Below, one piece after another: positions 16,470-25,295 of a stretch of DNA of 39,312 nt (position 1 is its first letter; every line of letters starts with the position of its first letter). This stretch comes from a virus (taxonomy: Duplodnaviria > Caudoviricetes): IMG/VR virus record IMGVR_UViG_3300021964_000177, positions 1 to 39,312 of that record; one strand, given 5' to 3'. The translations under genes were made by a program, and so were the position numbers. The notes below the pieces were generated by a model that ran no database searches, was not told where the DNA came from, and saw nothing but the letters and a program-made list of their open reading frames with translations.

Positions 16470-16785
16470 AGAGTTTCGCCTTCCAGATGATGGAACAGAT
16501 GAGGCAAAGAAAAAAGCTATGGAGATGACTCCGGGACAGATGGAACAAGCTGATAAAGATCCCGGTGAATATGATGAAGAGGGAGCCATGATGAAAGATC
16601 AGTTAGACATCATTATGGATGCCGCTGATGAAATTTATGATATGGTTTCTGACGATGAGAATCTTCCTGAGTGGGTTCAAAATAAAATTACAAAAGCAGC
16701 CGATTATATTGATTCTGCTCGTGATTATCTGATGTCTCAGAAAACAGACAAAGACGATGACGACGATGAGGAAGATGATGATTAA
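16456..16785 (+). CDS. Acidic hypothetical protein
   Basis: GGGAG SD; EYDEEG.M...L...ENLPEWVQNKITKAADYI. Confidence 0.75.
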   Translation: MRKLKEFRLPDDGTDEAKKKAMEMTPGQMEQADKDPGEYDEEGAMMKDQLDIIMDAADEIYDMVSDDENLPEWVQNKITKAADYIDSARDYLMSQKTDKDDDDDEEDDD

Positions 16786-17014
16786 TTTTAAGACTTTTTG
16801 TGAAGGACCCGGAAAGCCAGAATCATGGGAAGCTGGTTATAAACGGCGTGTAGTCAAGACGACTAAACCTGAACATAAAGAAAAAGGCTATAATTGGAGA
16901 ATCAAAGGCAAAGATCGTCCAGAGATCTCGATTAAACTTTATAAGAATAAGCCTAATCAAGCTGAATTTAATAAACAAATGAAAAGGGTAGCTGGCCATG
17001 AGTTTGGTGGATAA
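16778..17014 (+). CDS. Basic hypothetical protein
   Basis: MINFKTFCE N-terminus; GAGGA SD. Confidence 0.7.
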   Translation: MINFKTFCEGPGKPESWEAGYKRRVVKTTKPEHKEKGYNWRIKGKDRPEISIKLYKNKPNQAEFNKQMKRVAGHEFGG

Positions 17015-17363
17015 ATTTAAAAACCATGTAGCCGAAGAGATCGATCGCAAATGCGAATGTGAAGATTTGTATGAAGATCTTGAAATTACTGAGGCTGAAT
17101 ACCAAGGTAAAAGTGTAAAACTCAATGATCCTATTCGTACAAGCGAAAACCCAAATAAGAAGTTTAAAGTTTACGTTAAAGGACCAAAGGGTAATGTAGT
17201 CGTAGTTCGCTTTGGTGATCCTAATATGGAAATTAAAAGAGATGACCCTGCTCGTCGTAAATCGTTTAGAGCACGTCATGGATGTGATACTCCAGGACCA
17301 AAATGGAAAGCCAAGTATTGGTCATGTTATCAGTGGAGAGCTGGAGCAAAGGTAGATAATTAA
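16998..17363 (+). CDS. Conserved viral hypothetical protein (DUF6321-like)
   Basis: EAEYQG..VKLN.P...KKFKVYV...VRFGDPNM.IKRDDPARRKSFRARH.C...YWSC; the family name is recalled, not searched. Confidence 0.7.
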   Translation: MSLVDKFKNHVAEEIDRKCECEDLYEDLEITEAEYQGKSVKLNDPIRTSENPNKKFKVYVKGPKGNVVVVRFGDPNMEIKRDDPARRKSFRARHGCDTPGPKWKAKYWSCYQWRAGAKVDN

Positions 17364-17366
17364 GTT

Positions 17367-17834
17367 ATGATTCCTGATATAGAAAACGTAACTAAAGGCA
17401 TCGGTGTTGTAACAGCGACACTTGCTCTGATCGGCGGTGGATACACATTATGGGATAAGATGGAATCTAAGGACATTATGACTTGGGCACCAGAATACTT
17501 CAGCATCTCAGACGGTCCTGCGGATGGAGAGTTTAAAGTTGAAGTTGCTAGAGAAAAGCATAGAGATGATTGTACTGTGACAGATTTCACATTATCAATT
17601 AGGGATAGCGAAAACATTGTACACCCTGCCACAAGTAGCATTGGAAAGTTTATGGGACCTGCAAATGATAAGATCGACACATTTGCATATAAGATGAAAC
17701 TTGCTGAAGGTCATACACATAAGGTAGCAAAGGGAACAGCAACATTGATTGCATATATTGATTATGATTGTCCAGAGGGTCATATTGCGGTGACTTATCC
17801 GGATCATGAAAATTTAAGATTTAAAATTCAATAG
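17367..17834 (+). CDS. Membrane-anchored beta-rich protein
   Basis: N-terminal TM (GIGVVTATLALIGGGY) and a two-Cys soluble domain. Confidence 0.75.
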   Translation: MIPDIENVTKGIGVVTATLALIGGGYTLWDKMESKDIMTWAPEYFSISDGPADGEFKVEVAREKHRDDCTVTDFTLSIRDSENIVHPATSSIGKFMGPANDKIDTFAYKMKLAEGHTHKVAKGTATLIAYIDYDCPEGHIAVTYPDHENLRFKIQ

Positions 17835-17842
17835 AGGAATAA

Positions 17843-18121
17843 ATGGTCGACACAACGGATCAAAGATTAGAAAGAATTGAGAATAAACTCGATCAGCTCA
17901 CTGATGCGATGGTGTCACTGGCCCGTGCCGAGGAGAAAATAGCGTCATTGGCTGAACAACAAAATAATCAAATGGAGAGAGTCAATCGGCTTTCTCGTAA
18001 ATTAGACGATATTGATAAAAAGGTAGACGACAACGCTCGTACCGTAAGCATTATAAATAAGTTAGTATATGCGGCTGTAGTCGCAGCCGTTGGGACTTTT
18101 GTGGCCCAAATGTGGATGTAA
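17843..18121 (+). CDS. Coiled-coil protein with a C-terminal TM segment
   Basis: RLERIENKLDQL heptads and LVYAAVVAAVGTFVA; GAGG SD. Confidence 0.75.
   Translation: MVDTTDQRLERIENKLDQLTDAMVSLARAEEKIASLAEQQNNQMERVNRLSRKLDDIDKKVDDNARTVSIINKLVYAAVVAAVGTFVAQMWM
18052..18059 (+). promoter_or_regulatory. T4-type late promoter
   Basis: TATAAATA about 70 nt upstream of ATG 18132. Confidence 0.55.
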
Positions 18122-18131
18122 GGAGAAAGAA

Positions 18132-18968
18132 ATGAAATCTTTAATCGAAAGTGCTAGGGCCACACTATCAAAACAGGCCTTAGAAGAAAAGTATCAATCT
18201 GAATTGTCAGAACAGGACGTAGATCACATTTGTGAATCAAAATATCATGTATGTGCAGTTGTTGTAGAACATCCTGAATGGGGTGAAGGCAAGCCTCTGA
18301 TTGGTCGTCATGCAGAACCCGATGATGAGGGTAATGTGGCTTGGTATGATGTTGAATTCGCTCATGGCATTGAAGAAAAAGTTGAAGCCGAAGGCCTCAA
18401 TATTCTCGATGAAATGAGTCACGGTAAAAAGAAAAAAAGCGAAGATATGGATCCTGTCAATAAGAAAGCTCTTAAAAAAGATTTTGATGATAGGGAAGAC
18501 AAAGACATCGATAATGATGGCGATGTTGATGATTCAGATGAATATCTTCACAAAAAGCGTAAAGCTATTTCAAAAGCAACAAAGAAAAATGAAGATGAGC
18601 CTGCAGGCGAAAAGGGTGAAACTGCTACAATGAATCCAAAGAAAGAACAAAAAGAATCTACTATTCGTAATAAGTTAATGTCTATCTGGGAAGATGCTGC
18701 TGGTGCTAAGCGTAAGAAAGATCAGAATCGTGATGAGCAACCAACTGATCGCAACGCATCTGCAAAAACCATGAAAGACGGACATCCAGTTGATACCACA
18801 AGCAAGCTTACTGATTATGATGAGCTTGGTCATGATGATGCATCAAAAGCTGGTAGAGCTGGTCCATCTGCATCCGGTGATGCTCACACAAAAAGTGCAG
18901 ACATGGGTGACAAATCTATTATCAACAAAATTGCAAATGCATATAAAGGAATGAAAAATGGCAATTAA
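18132..18968 (+). CDS. Charged, probable prohead core/internal protein
   Basis: AAGGAG SD; LEE/LSE/LDE sites; DKDIDNDGDVDDSDEYLH..RKAI motif typical of T4-like phages. Confidence 0.7.
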   Translation: MKSLIESARATLSKQALEEKYQSELSEQDVDHICESKYHVCAVVVEHPEWGEGKPLIGRHAEPDDEGNVAWYDVEFAHGIEEKVEAEGLNILDEMSHGKKKKSEDMDPVNKKALKKDFDDREDKDIDNDGDVDDSDEYLHKKRKAISKATKKNEDEPAGEKGETATMNPKKEQKESTIRNKLMSIWEDAAGAKRKKDQNRDEQPTDRNASAKTMKDGHPVDTTSKLTDYDELGHDDASKAGRAGPSASGDAHTKSADMGDKSIINKIANAYKGMKNGN

Positions 18969-19281
18969 AGCTCCTGGGTGGTGTCATACCGCAGTTCCAA
19001 CTGTACGCGGTTGGGTAGATCCTAACACCGGTGAACTTTTGAAGTCGGGTAAATTTACTCAAGCTCAAATTGACGAGTGGCACGGTGTTCCTACAACTCA
19101 AGAAGTTCTTATTGAAGCAATGCCCGAGCCAGTTGCAGACGATGAAGAAGAATATGAATATTATGATCTTGGTTCTATGACTAAGTCTGAATTGGTTGAA
19201 CTTGCTGAAGAGTTTGAACTCGATACAAGTGGAATGGTAAAATCTGAAATCATTGAAGCTCTCGAAGAAGTTATGGAATAG
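18958..19281 (+). CDS. Acidic protein with a C-terminal HeH/Rho-N-like motif
   Basis: LGSMTKSELVELA.......GMVKSEIIEAL. Confidence 0.7.
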   Translation: MAIKAPGWCHTAVPTVRGWVDPNTGELLKSGKFTQAQIDEWHGVPTTQEVLIEAMPEPVADDEEEYEYYDLGSMTKSELVELAEEFELDTSGMVKSEIIEALEEVME

Positions 19282-19299
19282 AGTTGAATATATAACTTT

Positions 19300-19668
19300 A
19301 TGATGATATTCGATGAACTTACTGAACAGAATGTTCTACTCTATGCGGCAAAGCATTACTATAAACCTCAGTTCTCTGATATTGAAGAGTTCTATGAGGA
19401 TTTGAAAAGATTTAAATATATTAAGAGATTGCTTAATCGCTATCTTGAACAGGGTGAGCTAGCCGAAAGATTGATACTCAATCATTTGATTGTGATATTC
19501 AATTCTTTCGGCATTGAAGCAGCCCTGAATATTTTAGATCTGAAACTTGATGATAAGCACTGGCCTGTCATGAAACCGTTTTTAGTTTATTTGAAATATA
19601 TTAGAGACGATCAATATACGGGAATAGCAATGGACCAACGCGTAGTTGATGTATTAAGGAAGATATAA
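19300..19668 (+). CDS. Conserved T4-like hypothetical protein
   Basis: LLYAAKHY..P....IEEFYEDLKRFKYIKRL...ERLILNHLIV..N.FG. Confidence 0.8.
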   Translation: MMIFDELTEQNVLLYAAKHYYKPQFSDIEEFYEDLKRFKYIKRLLNRYLEQGELAERLILNHLIVIFNSFGIEAALNILDLKLDDKHWPVMKPFLVYLKYIRDDQYTGIAMDQRVVDVLRKI

Positions 19669-20255
19669 TGGGAATCGTTAAAAGAGCTGCCGATCTTGCA
19701 TATACCTTTCGGTTTATACGCATGCTTGTTTTAGATTGGAAAAGCTGGGATGCATATAAAGAAGGCCTGATCGACGAAGATGGAAAGAGAATCAAGGGTG
19801 TCAAAATTGATTCCGATTCAAAAAGGAATGCTTACACTCCTTTTATCCGTCTATGCGCTAACATCAAGCGGCTGCTCAGCAAAATCCCGGGAGGAGGTTC
19901 AAAACTCGGGTCTTTCGCTGCAGCTTTGTTTCTCATTAAAGAAAAATATTCCTTATCCGACAATCACCTTGAAAAAGCATTGCGAAAGTCAGGAGTCGAT
20001 ACATTAGATTTTCTTAATGAAGAAAATCAGTGGTTCATGTTAGAAGACAAACAATTGTCACCGGGTGTTTATCGAGTTAAAGAAGCAAAGATGCTCAATT
20101 CTACTCATGAAGAGCTCGTAATGCCAAAAGATCAAATCAAAGTATTTGATAATGCGTATCCAGTCGGTGATGTATTTGGTCTTGATATTTACGAAGCAAT
20201 TCATCTTAAAACAAATCAACAGATATACGTTACAGTAAGCGAGATTTACAAATGA
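19668..20255 (+). CDS. Conserved T4-like hypothetical protein
   Basis: YTFRFIRML...W..WDAYKEGLIDEDGKR...AYTPF.RL..NIKRLL. Confidence 0.8.
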   Translation: MGIVKRAADLAYTFRFIRMLVLDWKSWDAYKEGLIDEDGKRIKGVKIDSDSKRNAYTPFIRLCANIKRLLSKIPGGGSKLGSFAAALFLIKEKYSLSDNHLEKALRKSGVDTLDFLNEENQWFMLEDKQLSPGVYRVKEAKMLNSTHEELVMPKDQIKVFDNAYPVGDVFGLDIYEAIHLKTNQQIYVTVSEIYK

Positions 20256-20527
20256 AAGATTTTAAACCTCACATGATGTATGATCCAAAGACTGGTAAAG
20301 GGTACAAAGCCAAGAAACCCGAAGATCATGAAAGAATGGCAAAGATGGGTTACACTCATGAAAAACCAGAAATGGATGAAGAAGTAACTACTACAGCCGA
20401 CATTCCAAATCCTGCAGACACGGCTATGGGTCCAAGATTTACGTCTACAAACGTAATGGATAGAAGGAAAAAGAAGAAGCCCGCTTTGTTAAAAAGATTT
20501 TCACAATTCGTGAAGAATGATGCTTAA
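20252..20527 (+). CDS. Hypothetical protein
   Basis: FKPHMMYDPKTG...DHERM.KMGYTH; ATGA overlap. Confidence 0.7.
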   Translation: MKDFKPHMMYDPKTGKGYKAKKPEDHERMAKMGYTHEKPEMDEEVTTTADIPNPADTAMGPRFTSTNVMDRRKKKKPALLKRFSQFVKNDA

Positions 20528-21020
20528 GATATATGCACTGATAATTATTTTAGGAGTACTCGGTGGTGTTGGTTATGCCGCTAAGTACTATTATGACACT
20601 ACACAAAATACAATTGCTACACTTCGAGAGAATAACGCTCAACTTGAAATCGCTGCTGACATTGCTATGGAGTCTGTTGAAAATTTACAACAAGACATGG
20701 CAAAACAAGCAGAATTGAATAAGCAATTACAGAATAGTTTACAAAAAGCAGAAGCTTATGGTGACAGTCTTCGTAGTAAACTTCAGCAGCTAGATCTTGT
20801 AAGAGATGCTTTATTAGATGCTGCTAAATTAGAAGGAAAGATGAATGGCGCAACAGCGAACATTTGGCGCGATATCACCGTTGATACTGGTGGCGATGAC
20901 TATCCTGTTCCTGACTGGCTGCAGCAGTCTAAGGCCGGAAAAGGAAATCAAAACAGTAGTCAAAACGGAGAAGATAACAGTACCAACAGTAGCCCGGCCG
21001 AAACCAGTACAGCTCAATGA
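20517..21020 (+). CDS. Putative i-spanin (Rz-like)
   Basis: N-terminal TM followed by a long coiled coil; overlapped by a lipoprotein gene in another frame. Confidence 0.7.
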   Translation: MMLKIYALIIILGVLGGVGYAAKYYYDTTQNTIATLRENNAQLEIAADIAMESVENLQQDMAKQAELNKQLQNSLQKAEAYGDSLRSKLQQLDLVRDALLDAAKLEGKMNGATANIWRDITVDTGGDDYPVPDWLQQSKAGKGNQNSSQNGEDNSTNSSPAETSTAQ

Positions 21021-21270
21021 TGTAAGAGTCTACGTAGTTAATAAAGAAAACTACGAGAATTTTGTAAAAGAATTTGAAGCTGAGAATGGTCAATTGGCGT
21101 ACGTTGCTTTGTCAATGAGAGACTATTCGAACTTAGCATTGAATGTAGCAGAATTAAGAAGATTTATAAATCAACAAGCGCAAATTATAGTATACTATGA
21201 AGATGCAGTGACTGACGACATTAACGAGGAGAAAGTCGAAGATGGAACTGAATCTGGAGAAAGCAAATAA
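20845..21270 (+). CDS. Putative o-spanin (Rz1-like lipoprotein)
   Basis: Lipobox LFLTG-C, Pro-containing linker; overlaps the 3' end of the i-spanin by 176 nt. Confidence 0.7.
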   Translation: MAQQRTFGAISPLILVAMTILFLTGCSSLRPEKEIKTVVKTEKITVPTVARPKPVQLNDVRVYVVNKENYENFVKEFEAENGQLAYVALSMRDYSNLALNVAELRRFINQQAQIIVYYEDAVTDDINEEKVEDGTESGESK

Positions 21271-21949
21271 ATTTGCTCAAATGGCAGAGATCGCCTATAA
21301 AGATCTCGAAGCTAAAATACTCTTCATTGGAATGGGTTATGATAACCACGTCTTTTTAGATAAAGACGGTGCTCAATGCCATGTTGTTTGGAATAAAGAT
21401 GAAATAGTATTATGCTTCCGCGGCACTGAACCTGATGAACTATCTGATGTTCTTGCCGATCTCAATGCAATTCCAAGAAAATCGATGACAGATGGTTGGG
21501 TTCATTCTGGTTTTAGAGGTGAACTCGATAAACTGTGGGACCATATCAAACCACTTACAGATGAACACAAAAAGAAAGAACTCTATATTTGTGGTCATTC
21601 ACTAGGTGCAGCAATGTCTACAATCGCCGCATCACGACTTCCTCAGACTGAAGAGCTTTACACATTCGGTTCACCTCGAGTAGGTACACGTTCTTTTGTG
21701 AAAGCTCTGAAAGCAAATCATTGGAGGTTCGTAAACAATAATGATATCGTTACAAGAGTTCCTTTGGCTCTTATGGGCTATAAACATCATGGCGTTCTTT
21801 GTTATATTAATCATTACGGTAAAATACGGAAAATGACTTTATGGCAAAGAATCAAAGACAAATTTAGAGGTTATAAATCTGGACTACTTGACGGAGCAAA
21901 AGATCATAGCATGGGTAATTATGTCCAATACACAATCGTGGAGGGATAA
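21242..21949 (+). CDS. Class 3 lipase (alpha/beta hydrolase)
   Basis: FRGT, VHSGF, GHSLG nucleophile elbow, YTFGSPRVG, DIVTRVP, DHSM. Confidence 0.92.
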   Translation: MELNLEKANKFAQMAEIAYKDLEAKILFIGMGYDNHVFLDKDGAQCHVVWNKDEIVLCFRGTEPDELSDVLADLNAIPRKSMTDGWVHSGFRGELDKLWDHIKPLTDEHKKKELYICGHSLGAAMSTIAASRLPQTEELYTFGSPRVGTRSFVKALKANHWRFVNNNDIVTRVPLALMGYKHHGVLCYINHYGKIRKMTLWQRIKDKFRGYKSGLLDGAKDHSMGNYVQYTIVEG

Positions 21950-22420
21950 ATGCAACAGAATGAATATGACGTACATGTCGTCAAAGTAGTCGATGGTGAT
22001 ACGGTCGATGTAGATATCGATCTCGGTTTTGGTGTTTGTTTAAAAGATGAGCGAGTGAGAATTATGGGTATCGATACACCCGAGTCAAGGACAAGAGATA
22101 AAGTCGAAAAGGTATTCGGTATTGCAGCAAAGGATAGACTTTATCAGTTACTCGAAAAAGATGCTAAACTTATTACGACAGAAGATAAATCTGGTGAAGA
22201 TATGAAAGGTAAGTTTGGTAGAATCCTTGGTGATTTTAGAGCTGCAGATGGTCGTCTTGTTACAGAGATTATGATTGAAGAAGGGCATTGTGTTCCTTAT
22301 CATGGTGGTAGCAAAGATGACGTTCAAGCTCAGCACATGATTAATCGAGAAAGATTGTTGGCTGAAGGTGTTGTATCACAAGAAGATTACAATGCTGCAG
22401 TAGAGGAAATGAATAAATGA
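21950..22420 (+). CDS. Thermonuclease (SNase-like)
   Basis: VVDGDT...RVRIMGIDTPE...GKFGRILG. Confidence 0.9.
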   Translation: MQQNEYDVHVVKVVDGDTVDVDIDLGFGVCLKDERVRIMGIDTPESRTRDKVEKVFGIAAKDRLYQLLEKDAKLITTEDKSGEDMKGKFGRILGDFRAADGRLVTEIMIEEGHCVPYHGGSKDDVQAQHMINRERLLAEGVVSQEDYNAAVEEMNK

Positions 22421-22683
22421 TCGAGAAAATGTTTGCTGATACGCTATGGATATATACAGCTATAGCAGGATCGCTGTTAGGCGCAGCGTTTTTGTTTTGG
22501 TTTAAGGATACTCGTATGGCTATATGGGCCGTCGGAAAGTTCGATTGGACGCTTGAGTATTTAGCAAAGCGTTGGGGTTGGACGTGGTTACAAAATGATC
22601 CAAATGCTTGGCGAGTAAAGTATCCTAAAATAACTTCAAAAATAGATGAACTCGAAAAAAGAATTGAAGAGTTAGAAAAATGA
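22417..22683 (+). CDS. Small membrane protein
   Basis: N-terminal TM (LWIYTAIAGSLLGAAFLFWF) and a short C-terminal coil. Confidence 0.75.
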   Translation: MIEKMFADTLWIYTAIAGSLLGAAFLFWFKDTRMAIWAVGKFDWTLEYLAKRWGWTWLQNDPNAWRVKYPKITSKIDELEKRIEELEK

Positions 22684-22991
22684 CAATACTCCAAACTATT
22701 ACATTTGAAAAAGATGATATAACTGTAGAATATATTTCAAATATACTTTCTTCTAATGATTCTTATGTAGAAGAATTACGCAGAGATCATATGAAAGAAT
22801 TAATTAATGGTGAAATTTTTACACAGGTTATTTATGAATACCCGGCCGAAAATAAAGTTGAAGTGAAAAGAACTTGGAACCATGATTCTGATTATAATCA
22901 GTATATTTCAGACAAATCTTCATGGGAAAATCTTCAATCAATATTAGAAGAAGACGGCATCATCATTGTAGATAGTGCCGAGTCTGTTTGA
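22680..22991 (+). CDS. Acidic hypothetical protein
   Basis: 103 aa, ATGA overlap. Confidence 0.65.
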   Translation: MTILQTITFEKDDITVEYISNILSSNDSYVEELRRDHMKELINGEIFTQVIYEYPAENKVEVKRTWNHDSDYNQYISDKSSWENLQSILEEDGIIIVDSAESV

Positions 22992-23013
22992 TCAATATAA
23001 TAAGGAAATGAAA

Positions 23014-23214
23014 ATGAAAGAAATTCTACTTGAAGCATTAAAAAAACACGCTGAAGGACATATTGCAAAACACAAAGCAAATGTTCAAGTGTATCTCAAT
23101 TCTACGACTGGGATTGGTGAACATCCCGACATCATTGAAGCAATGGAAATGGAAATTGAACATATCGCAAAGTATCAAGATCAACTTGATGTGATAGAAA
23201 AATATTTTTCATAA
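23014..23214 (+). CDS. Conserved small hypothetical protein
   Basis: HAEGHIAKHKANVQVYL....GIGEHPDIIEA; TAAGGA SD. Confidence 0.75.
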   Translation: MKEILLEALKKHAEGHIAKHKANVQVYLNSTTGIGEHPDIIEAMEMEIEHIAKYQDQLDVIEKYFS

Positions 23215-23230
23215 ATATTGCGTTTTAAGG

Positions 23231-23260
23231 GTTTACAAAAGCCGTAAACTAATATATAAT
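23231..23260 (+). promoter_or_regulatory. Early-type promoter for nrdAB
   Basis: GTTTACA, 17-bp spacer, TATAAT. Confidence 0.75.
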
Positions 23261-23309
23261 ACTACCATCAAATACAAATGAATCTTATAACCTCAGTTCA
23301 GGGGATGCA

Positions 23310-25295
23310 ATGGCTATTACACTCAATTACAAGAAAGATGACATTCTCGAAGATTATGCTGTCGGAATGCTCAAAGATTTCTATCTCCGTGGAAATGAAA
23401 AATCACCACAACAAGGATATGCACGTGCTGCTGAAGCATGGGCAACATATAAGGGCAAGACAGATTGGGGTCTTGCACAGCGTCTATATGATTACGTATC
23501 AAATAAGTGGTTTATGTTTGCATCTCCTGTATTATCAAATGCACCAAATGGTACAGTCGACGGTAAAGGTTTGCCGATCTCATGTTTTCTGACTTATGTA
23601 CCTGACACATTAGAAGGACTAATCGAGCATTCAGCTGAGCTTCGCTGGTTGTCAGTAATGGGTGGAGGTGTTGGTGGCCATTGGTCAGATGTTCGAACTG
23701 TCTCTGATAAAGCACCGGGTCCTGTTCCTTTTTTACATACTGTTGATGCTGATATGATTGCGTATCGTCAGGGTAAAACTCGTAAAGGTTCATACGCAGC
23801 ATATATGGATATTGGTCATCCAGATATTGTTGAGTTTTTAAATATTCGTATTCCCACTGGTGATGTTCAGCGTAAAGCATTAAACTTACACAATGCACTT
23901 AATATTACTGATGCTTTTATGAAAGCAGTTATTAATAATAAAGAATGGGAATTAAGAGATCCTGCAAGTGGCGAAGTATCTGAAACATTGAATGCTCGTA
24001 AAATGTGGGAAAGAATTATTGAAGTTCGTTTCCGTACTGGTGAGCCATATCTAAACTTCATCGATACGGCCAATGCTGATTTACCACAAGCTTTAAAAGA
24101 TAAGGGATTGAAGATTCATGGATCTAATCTTTGTAATGAAATTCATTTGCCTACGTCCGCTGATCGCACTGCTGTCTGCTGTCTCTCTTCTCTCAATCTT
24201 GAGTTATACGAGCTTTGGAAAGATACCAATATTGTCGAAGATCTTGTTACGATGTTGGATAATGTCCTCGAGTACTTCATCGAAAATGCGCCTGATTCTA
24301 TATCCAGAGCTCGCTATTCGGCTCAAAGAGAGCGGTCTATTGGACTTGGTGCAATGGGATTCCACTCACTCCTCCAATCACAAGGTGTAGCATGGGAGTC
24401 TGATTTGGCACGTGAAATCAATGACGTTGTCTTTAGCAACATTAATTTCAGAGCTCATAATCAAACAAGCATGCTTGCTAAAGAAAGAGGAGAATATCCT
24501 GATGGTGAAGGTACTGGTGTAAGAAATGCTCACTTAATGGCAATTGCACCAAATGCATCATCTGGAATTATTTTATCGACATCACCAAGTATTGAACCGC
24601 TCAAAGCAAATGCGTATACACATCGTACACGCGCTGGTTCATTCCTCGTAAAGAACAAATATCTCGAAGACGTTTTAAACAGATACGAAATTAATAACGA
24701 GTCTACATGGACTTCAATTATTACGAAGAAAGGTTCTGTACAACATTTACCAGAGTTGAATGAACAAGAAAAAGCTGTATTTAAAACAGCTCAAGAACTT
24801 GATCAAGAATGGGTTGTACAACATGCTGCTGATAGACAAAAGTATATTTGTCAGGGTCAATCAGTCAATTTGTTTTTCCCTTCCGGTGCTGAAAAATCAT
24901 ATGTAAATAAAGTTCATTTAAAAGCATGGAAAGAAGGATTAAAGGGTTTATACTATCTGAGAACAGAAGCAAAACAAAGAGCTGAAACTGTTTCAGATAA
25001 AGTTGAAAGACACGCATTGCAAGAGGATACACGTACTATCATCTATGGTAGAGACACCTGTCCTTATTGCATGAGAGCAAAAGAAGAAATGTCACTTCGC
25101 GGCATTCAGTTTGATTTCATTAATCTTGATGAGATCGGTAAAACTGCAGCCGAAGTAACAGGACGTAAAGTTAAAACTGTTCCACAAATCTATGTGGACG
25201 GTCAATATGTTGGAGGCTATGATGAACTCATGGCTTTCCTAAATCAACCAATGACAATAGAGAGCGGCGATGAATGCCGAGCATGCGAGGGATAA
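23310..25295 (+). CDS. nrdA: Class I ribonucleotide reductase alpha subunit with an internal glutaredoxin domain
   Basis: ISCF, GSNLCNEI, VCCLSS, IAPNAS, GLYYLR; then a Grx domain (CPYC, TVPQI, GGYD) and the terminal CRAC pair. Confidence 0.97.
   Translation: MAITLNYKKDDILEDYAVGMLKDFYLRGNEKSPQQGYARAAEAWATYKGKTDWGLAQRLYDYVSNKWFMFASPVLSNAPNGTVDGKGLPISCFLTYVPDTLEGLIEHSAELRWLSVMGGGVGGHWSDVRTVSDKAPGPVPFLHTVDADMIAYRQGKTRKGSYAAYMDIGHPDIVEFLNIRIPTGDVQRKALNLHNALNITDAFMKAVINNKEWELRDPASGEVSETLNARKMWERIIEVRFRTGEPYLNFIDTANADLPQALKDKGLKIHGSNLCNEIHLPTSADRTAVCCLSSLNLELYELWKDTNIVEDLVTMLDNVLEYFIENAPDSISRARYSAQRERSIGLGAMGFHSLLQSQGVAWESDLAREINDVVFSNINFRAHNQTSMLAKERGEYPDGEGTGVRNAHLMAIAPNASSGIILSTSPSIEPLKANAYTHRTRAGSFLVKNKYLEDVLNRYEINNESTWTSIITKKGSVQHLPELNEQEKAVFKTAQELDQEWVVQHAADRQKYICQGQSVNLFFPSGAEKSYVNKVHLKAWKEGLKGLYYLRTEAKQRAETVSDKVERHALQEDTRTIIYGRDTCPYCMRAKEEMSLRGIQFDFINLDEIGKTAAEVTGRKVKTVPQIYVDGQYVGGYDELMAFLNQPMTIESGDECRACEG

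Noticed and set aside
23278-24390. Alternative-frame and antisense ORFs within nrdA
   Set aside because: They overlap a highly conserved gene, with no motifs or translation signals.
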